Part shown: positions 36,953-43,747 of the stretch, piece by piece
Layout of the letters: the number at the start of each line of letters is the position of its first letter
How positions within the stretch are numbered: position 1 is the stretch's first letter
Origin: Rotaria socialis
Taxonomy: Eukaryota
DNA length: 43,747 bases
Assembly: GCA_905331295.1 (NCBI GenBank)
Contig: CAJNYD010000038.1
Span: 1 to 43,747, forward strand
Reading direction: 5' to 3'
Made by a program: the position numbers and the translations under genes
The notes under the pieces: generated by a model
Told to the model about the DNA's origin: nothing
The model's database searches: none
What the model saw: the letters and a program-made list of their open reading frames with translations, nothing else

Positions 36953-38108
36953 AATCTACTCCAAGTTCTTTTCAACAAGTCTTTTATCCAATTCCTTCTA
37001 GAAACATTTTTGTTCTTGGACCTGTAACTCAAACACAACTTGATTATTTAGTCTGGCAGGTAATAACGTCGAAACATGAGGGATTCATTTAATATTTTTC
37101 TTTTTCAGTTTCAAACAAGACTTAATGATAATTCAACAACCGCTGTGTTACAGGGATGTCGCTCGCATACAACTCTATATATCTATATATGTCATCCTCT
37201 ATCCTCTTTCATCTTCTTTGATCTGGATTTGTTTCTCTTCTTTCTCTCTCTTCTCTTCTCTTGTTTTTTCTCTCTATATAAAGATGTAACTATTATATTC
37301 AAGGACATTCTTGTTAAATAAAGTTAACGTACACGTTGTACGTACACACAATACATCACTCACTCTAACACGCTGGTTCAACTATTCAATTACCGAATGG
37401 CTTTATCTCATTCTCTATAATACAAGTTAGTTAAGAATTCTTTATTTTCTCATCTTTGAATGGACAAATATATTTATCAGAAAAAAAGGCGACAAGCAAT
37501 TGAGCAACAACAATTGTTAACGTTTACGTATCGTATTTTATATCGTCTAGGAGTTGAAATTCGTCGACGAAATTTGATGTTTGCACGGGCCAATAAATTC
37601 ATTCGTGAATATTTTATTAACTTTAACAACTTAGGTAAGTCGATTTATTTATTTCTTAAATTAAAATCTAGTGAATTTTAGTTGATTTGGTGAAAAATGT
37701 AAGTAGTTGAGCAGATGCAAGTACATCTATCTATATTGACCAACAGCAACGGTAAAGGTAAGAAAATCTATTATTGACAAAAGCTATACCTTTTTTCTAG
37801 AGAGTACAGGTCATTTAACAAATTTCTTCTTTTTTCCCAAAGATGCAACTTTGACAACAACACCCTCTTCGATGATAAGTGTCGCCAGTAAGTTTTATTA
37901 ATTATCAGAGAAAAAAAATTCTTTCCACAGAAACGTAACTATAATATTTGTTTAGATATTCCTGGATATACTCCAATTGGTGTTTCTTGTTAGAATGGTC
38001 CATTTCTTTTTTCTGGTAACGCTCTTTATCCCGATGAAGCAATCTGGTTACAAAAACGAATATCTGTTGCAGAAAATTCTTTGAGAATCTGACTTCAGGG
38101 AATTAGTC
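36953..38108 (+). pseudogene. Decayed multi-exon gene of unknown family, interrupted by a solo LTR
   Basis: A series of exon-like segments with GT..AG boundaries (STPSSFQQVFYPIP..LVWQ; FQTRLNDNSTTA|GSTIQLPNGFISFSIIQ; ..YRILYRLGVEIRRRNLMFARAN..; IPGYTPIGVSC*NGPF..LYPDEAIWLQKRI). In-frame stops occur in later exons. Confidence 0.5.
37146..37370 (+). mobile_element. Solo LTR (225 bp) with a 5-bp target-site duplication
   Basis: TGTTA...TAACA inverted termini; perfect CGCTG direct repeats at 37141-37145 and 37371-37375; internal CT-rich tract, TATATAAA and AATAAA in the expected order. Confidence 0.88.
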
Positions 38109-38129
38109 TAAATGTAAACGATTATAATG

Positions 38130-38435
38130 TCAGTATGCTAATGCACCTGCAAAAGAGAGCAACATGATCACTACCACACCAACGACGATTACAAAACGTT
38201 CAGCTAGTGATAATTCATGCGGTTCTTGTATTAGATTATATGTCCTAATAATGATATTATTGTTGTTTAAATTGTATTGATAGATATGATAAATACTCCA
38301 TGATACGATCAAGATTATAAGCATAAAAATTACCAAAATGCACATACACATCCATGTACGATTAGTACTTCTTGTTGGTGCATTTCGTCTTTCATCTTTA
38401 GTATTGTCATCTTTACTTTTCGCTGAATCTTTCAT
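38130..38435 (-). CDS. Small two-TM orphan membrane protein (about 101 aa)
   Basis: From ATG 38435: charged N-terminus MKDSAKSKDDNTKDERR, TM1 WMCMCILVIFMLIILIVSWSIY, TM2 FVIVVGVVVIMLLSFAGALAY*. The longer ORF-track start runs through intron-like sequence. Confidence 0.5.
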   Translation of the reverse strand: MKDSAKSKDDNTKDERRNAPTRSTNRTWMCMCILVIFMLIILIVSWSIYHIYQYNLNNNNIIIRTYNLIQEPHELSLAERFVIVVGVVVIMLLSFAGALAY

Positions 38436-40817
38436 AATTTTATTTATCTGAAAAATTTTTTTCATTTCATAGTTCCCTCTTAAAAAAATTCTGTAAAAGA
38501 CGTGGTCTAGATTACAAAACAAATTATTACCAAACTTATGGTTGGTCGAAAGTTTATATATATTCGATACACTTTTCGGAGGAAAGTGTATCAAAGTTAA
38601 TGCACCAATCAAGAAAAGATTCGATTCACTAATCAAAATGATGACTGTGTCTCATTAAAGTCGTTTTAGATCTTCGATAGTTAAATGTTGCCAACAAGAT
38701 AAACAAATTGTCTTTTCAAAGTGGGTATCTATACTTCGAACAACGATTACCCATAGAAATTTTCACCGATTAGATTCTATTCGTTGTTTTACAAGTGAAT
38801 ATCATCTATCATTAAAATTAATAAGAATTGATTATTAGGATAATGATTTAATAGTACATGAAAATGCGCATATGTGTAATAAATAATCAATATTAGATGA
38901 AAAATTTATACTATTTCAATTATTAAAGATCATTCAGTCAGTCAGATGGTTAATGGTACATCTAGGAAATGGCGCTAAGGATCAGAAATGAAGGAGAGTG
39001 ATTACTTGATATGTGCTCGTTGGAGTCTGCCGAGCCCGGATCTGGAAATATTTCGTTGACCGTCACCAAAATCCAGGTTCACGTCCGCTTCAATGAAATT
39101 TACTCTGAAAGAAAATGTCAATAATAGCTTGATTCTTATAACATCATCATTACGATCGCTGAAGCAATACGTGAGGGTGTGTTTCGGATGACTATCAGTT
39201 GCAGATTTAAAAACTTCAGTGAGTATCACAAATACGGTTTGAGTCCGGACCCGATGAAATCTAGTGTTGGTCGTTAATTAAGTCTTGAAAGGCGCAACTG
39301 TATGTGTAACGAAAGGATAAATTTACATTTGCGACTTTGTATTCTGTTTAAACTAGAAATTGTAGTAAAATGGTCTACGTTTTTGAAGGAATTATCTTAC
39401 CAATCAAAATAGAGTTGGAGAGAGTTTACCAAAAGATGTTAATCATCAACTGAATGAATGAAGAAAACTCAGTATTAAAGAATATTTTTGAATTTGATGT
39501 GAATAAATAAAATTCCGAAAAACTAATATTACCGGGACTACTGCCAAAGAAGTTGCCGGAATCCAACTGAGAACAGGAGTAAAAACAACTCGGTTGCATA
39601 CATCTACAGATTGAAGTCATAATCTATATAGACAGTTGTTATCTCAGACATTATTATACTCGACAAACAGAAAAACATAATAGTTTCACTGAGCAGATTC
39701 CGAAAAAATGTTTTTGTCAAGAAGAGTTTCGAAAATATCGCATTTAATCACGAGACCAGTGGTCCAACATGACTAAAATATTTATCACACAAGTTTTCAA
39801 ACAGTCTTTTGTAGCAAAGATGTTTAAAAGATTCCAACACGGCAGCGGCAAATTCTTTTTAGAAGACATTGCAAAGCTTCATGGATTTGCAGAGCATTCA
39901 GGCGCCCATAGGTGTAACACTCAGGGACTAGACGAATCTCATGGATTCATACCAACAGTTCTAGTTCAGTACAATGAGGGGTCCTCATCGAGAGCACGAA
40001 ATTTCAATAGATTTTTTGAAAACCATTACGGTAGCGGCAGATTCTCAGCCGTGGTGGACATCTATATTTTGCAGAAAAAATGGTTGCGTTGACATTTATC
40101 TCTTTATGATTGATATTATTTATTTTATCAATTATTATTTAATATATTTAATATAAAACGTTGTGAAAAATTTCACATTAAGTAGCGAAAAATGATTACA
40201 TAGAATATCGATAATTACGAAAATTTATTTTATTTTTGTTTCGCCGATTTCGAATAATATTTTTTCGATATTTTATTTATATTTATTTAATAATCATTCA
40301 TACCATAATATTAGATATTTCTTAGTAAGTTATATTCAACCAAGTTTTATGGTTATGCATATGCTATGAGCACTTCTAAATGCATTAGTTGCTTCGAATA
40401 TAGTAATAATGTTATTACAGAAAGTGAATTGTATTCATGGAAAAAATTGATTTCTGTAATTTATAAAACTTTGTTTTGTTTGGGTAGATTAATTATAGTA
40501 GAAAAGCAATAATTCTTTGAAGACGTGACGCTTGTTTCAATTATATACTTTTCGTGATAGTTCATATTTTAGATATAATCAATTCACTAGCAAAAACATC
40601 ATTGTCATTCTGTTCAATGGCAAAAATTCTAACGATTACCCATACAACTTGAATCTATTATTCGACAAAAACAAATGAAAGCATTCAATAGTAATAATTA
40701 ATAATCAAAAATTCAGCTTTTTCTTCGTGACATAGACTGCAAAAGTATAAAATCACGGAGTTTTTTTTTCATCAATGAATTATTAAAGTATCAAAAGTCA
40801 TAATAAAGGTTTTCCCT

Positions 40818-43024
40818 TCATTTCAACAGATTCTCACAGTTAAGATTTGAATATTCAATAATGGCATCAACAACGATAGCATAAGCAGTGGCAGCAATCG
40901 TTGGAAGAGGCAGAGCCGGCAAAGAATCAGAATCAGTATAGTGAAGCAGGGAATCAGTGCATATATCAGCAAGTTGTACGCTGACTATGCAACCGAATGC
41001 TATGCATGTTCTTATTGTAATCGAAGAATTGGTGGGTATAACCAATAGTAGTAAAATATTGAAAATAAGAAAGTCACCCCATCCAAGAAACGAATTACAC
41101 TTGTCTTCTTTTTCTACATCATCATTCAGTTCATTGATATCATATACGCAATAAACACCAAGTGGAGTCGTTGGATAATCAAATGACAGAGCGTCCACCA
41201 CTGCTTCATTTATTCGGTCATTACCACCACATTTTGGATGCAAACATATGATACTATTTTAAAAAAACAAATCTTATTTGTACGAATAAGAAGAGAAGAA
41301 CCAATTCATTCAGAAGATATCAAAATAGAGAGAAATATCTAATTTGATGACAGTGTTTTTCACTCTGCCAGTCCTACGTAATTAAAGTGTGTTATGGCTT
41401 GTATCTAAACACGTGTCGTAAGACAAAACAAATGCGCTATGAGTATTATTCATATATATTTGTTCTCTTTCTTTCTCTACAAATATTTTGTTTACTATAT
41501 ATAACTATCTCTTTTCTTTCGTTCTGTCAGGTATTTTTCTTGATGTGCTCTCTTGATTTTTTTCTTCACACTGTCTTTTCTTCCTGATGGAATAACTCAC
41601 GTATTTGTCCAACGATATTATGCTACCTATTGGAATATTCCACTCTTCATTTAACATTTGATATAAACACCTCTTGTTTTTGTACAAATGTGTTTCATTT
41701 AACTTCATAAATAAACACCTATACGCATAAATATATGCACGCTCTAAGAAAGTTAATAATGTTCTTTTTTTTTCAACAAAATCTATTAAATCAAACGACA
41801 AAGTTGATTGCTACAGAATGAAAGAACCAAAGAATGGTTTGCACTAGTCAACATATCAGATCGTTCGATGGTTATATCCTAGAGCCATTCAAGATCTCAT
41901 ATTATATACCACTAGTTTCCCAATAGATGACATATAGTCAAGTATTTTATTTATACAAGCTCTCAAAAAGTTGATGAGAAAGGTTTTAAACCATTATTTT
42001 TTCTTCTAATACTTAGGTGATAGTAAAAAGTTAGAGAAGCACAATTAGCTATTGAACAAAATAAATCAGATTATCGATGGATCGACTTAATTGAGTTTAC
42101 TTATATATAAATATTTTTTCTAGATTGAAGATTGAAAAATTCTCAATCCGGAAGAAGTCTCGATTGTGTTGATCTAAGAAAGAGAATATAGTACGATAAG
42201 AAATAAACATTTATATAGATTATACAAATGTCTTAAATCTGTATTTGGATGTGTATTTTTAGATCTTAAGCGATCGATTATTTCTCAAATGATTACTAAC
42301 AGTAATGTGTACAATGTTATTGTCAAAAAAATGTTTGACTATCACAGAAATAAAAATCACTTATACAGACTTACATATCCATAGCAGATACTAGCCAAAA
42401 AAAAGCAAAATCGATATATGTGGGTACAAGTCGAAATACAATATCATACGTCGTAAATGCTAAATATGCCATAGATAAACAAGTTACTTGTTGATGAAGA
42501 GTAAAAGAAATAATCGGTAGATCCTGATAAAGCCATTTATAAATAAGAGCAGCGAATTGCCAAACAAGGAAATAGACGGTAAATGTGTCAACTTCATACC
42601 ACATGTAAATAGTATGACAGTAACGAGCCAATAGCCAAGTAGCTGTAATCATCAATGACAAAAGAGTAATGATCCTCGGTATTTTTCGAACAGAACTATA
42701 CAACAAGTAGGGTAAGCAAACTTTAAGTATCACCATGACGAGTGGATACGAATAATATGTACCATCGTACGCAATATAAGAAAGACACGGGTGATCTACA
42801 CAAAGTATAACAAGATATGAATAATCTATAATTCATGAATGCATACACAACCAATAACACTGAACCCAGCAGCGTACAGCCAGTGCATGATCACGCATTG
42901 CATCTGCAACCATGTACTGAAACAAAGAGCCACTTGCTCTTGTGTCTTTCAGAGCACAGTGGAGTATGAATGTCATGAACATACTCAAAGTACTTCCCAT
43001 ATATTTGTATATAGAATCTTTCAT
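40818..43024 (-). CDS. Divergent presenilin-like GxGD aspartyl intramembrane protease (A22 family), 344 aa, 3 coding exons
   Basis: Exons 43024-42847, 42795-42375 and 41253-40818 sum to 1035 nt, in frame. Motifs: VDTFTVYFLVWQFA (cf. presenilin VDYITVALLIWNFG), LHQQ, LVSAMDIIICLHPK (cf. ISVYDLVAVLCPK), FLGWGDFLIF and LPALPL. Confidence 0.85.
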
Positions 43025-43356
43025 TGCTCAAGCAATTTTTGTAGAAACTATCAATAAAACACAAATTTTTGTTTCTTCTGTTTCTATTTTGAATAAAATC
43101 AATATTGAGAAATATCAATGAAATGAATACTTACTTTTCACAATTTTTTCAATAAAGTGAAAGCCGCATTGGTCTCGCTCAATTTTTATAGGTGAATAAA
43201 AAGTGAAGATAGAGAAGAGATAGGAAATAGAAGGAAAAAGCTGAAATTGCAGTCGTTTGACCGACGACGATGAATTCTTTTCCTTTTTTTTTGTTCATCA
43301 TATATGCAGAAAAAAAGAAACAACTATTTTCTTGTCTGAGGTCATTGCAGATAAAG

Positions 43357-43456
43357 NNNNNNNNNNNNNNNNNNNNNNNNNNNNNNNNNNNNNNNNNNNN
43401 NNNNNNNNNNNNNNNNNNNNNNNNNNNNNNNNNNNNNNNNNNNNNNNNNNNNNNNN
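43357..43456. other. Assembly gap (100 N)
   Basis: Run of exactly 100 N, probably a placeholder of unknown true size. Confidence 0.99.
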
Positions 43457-43464
43457 TAGTTCTA

Positions 43465-43747
43465 ATATCATCTCATAATGGTTTCACTGAGAAATATTTC
43501 GAGATTGATTGGAGAAGTGTCGCATATTATTGAATATATTTATGATGAGATTCCTACAGATATCATGTCATAACGATTTCATTGAGAAATATCTCGACAT
43601 TGATTCCACAAATATCGAATATAATTGAATATATACATCTTTAGATCATTTCCAATGACATCTCATCATGAGCTCACCGAGAAATGTTTCGATTTGATTC
43701 AACAAATATGGAATATTATTGAATATACTGATGATGACATTTGTTCT
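43465..43747. repeat. Diverged 95-bp tandem repeat (at least 3 copies, runs off the window)
   Basis: The unit CAT(C/G)TCAT...TCA(C/T)(C/T)GAGAAAT.T.TCGA..TTGATT...ATAT.ATTGAATATA starts at 43469, 43564 and 43659. Confidence 0.85.

Noticed and set aside
39002..40156. ORFs of 60-107 aa in a moderately GC-richer patch
   Set aside because: No recognisable domain in any frame and no consistent exon chain; may be decayed TE or foreign DNA, but unsupported.
41505..41801. 98-aa minus-strand ORF as an extra presenilin loop exon
   Set aside because: The direct splice 42375 to 41253 already gives the expected D-hhh-L-x-PK motif in frame, so no extra exon is needed.
43465..43747. Regularly spaced repeats as a possible CRISPR array
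   Set aside because: Whole units are similar with no unique spacers, there are no cas genes, and the context is eukaryotic.

Overview
AT-rich eukaryotic genomic DNA with many short (~50-60 nt) GT-AG introns and a tRNA-Ile(AAT). Composition and gene style suggest a small invertebrate, most likely a bdelloid rotifer (inference). A conserved core block (SMARCA2/4 brahma ATPase, a secreted protein with six CBM14 chitin-binding domains, hexokinase, RNF217-like RBR E3 ligase; all + strand) is bracketed by two convergent, diverged paralogues at 9956-12091 (+) and 31135-33193 (-). After hand-splicing, each encodes a catalytically dead YOD1/OTU1-like OTU domain, a linker with a basic NLS-like motif, and a C-terminal domain resembling a divergent Rel-homology (NF-kB/NFAT) DNA-binding domain. 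Both genes carry a kB-like palindrome, TGGAAAT(T/G)TCCA, about 375 bp upstream of the ATG. This is the best candidate for an undescribed system. The flanks hold a frameshifted bacterial-type AAA_13/RloC-like ABC-ATPase remnant, solo-LTR-like insertions (one with a perfect 5-bp TSD inside an exon of a decayed gene), MITE-like elements, small orphan genes, a compact divergent presenilin-like GxGD protease, a 100-N gap and a 95-bp tandem repeat. All homology calls come from motif recognition by eye, not from database searches.
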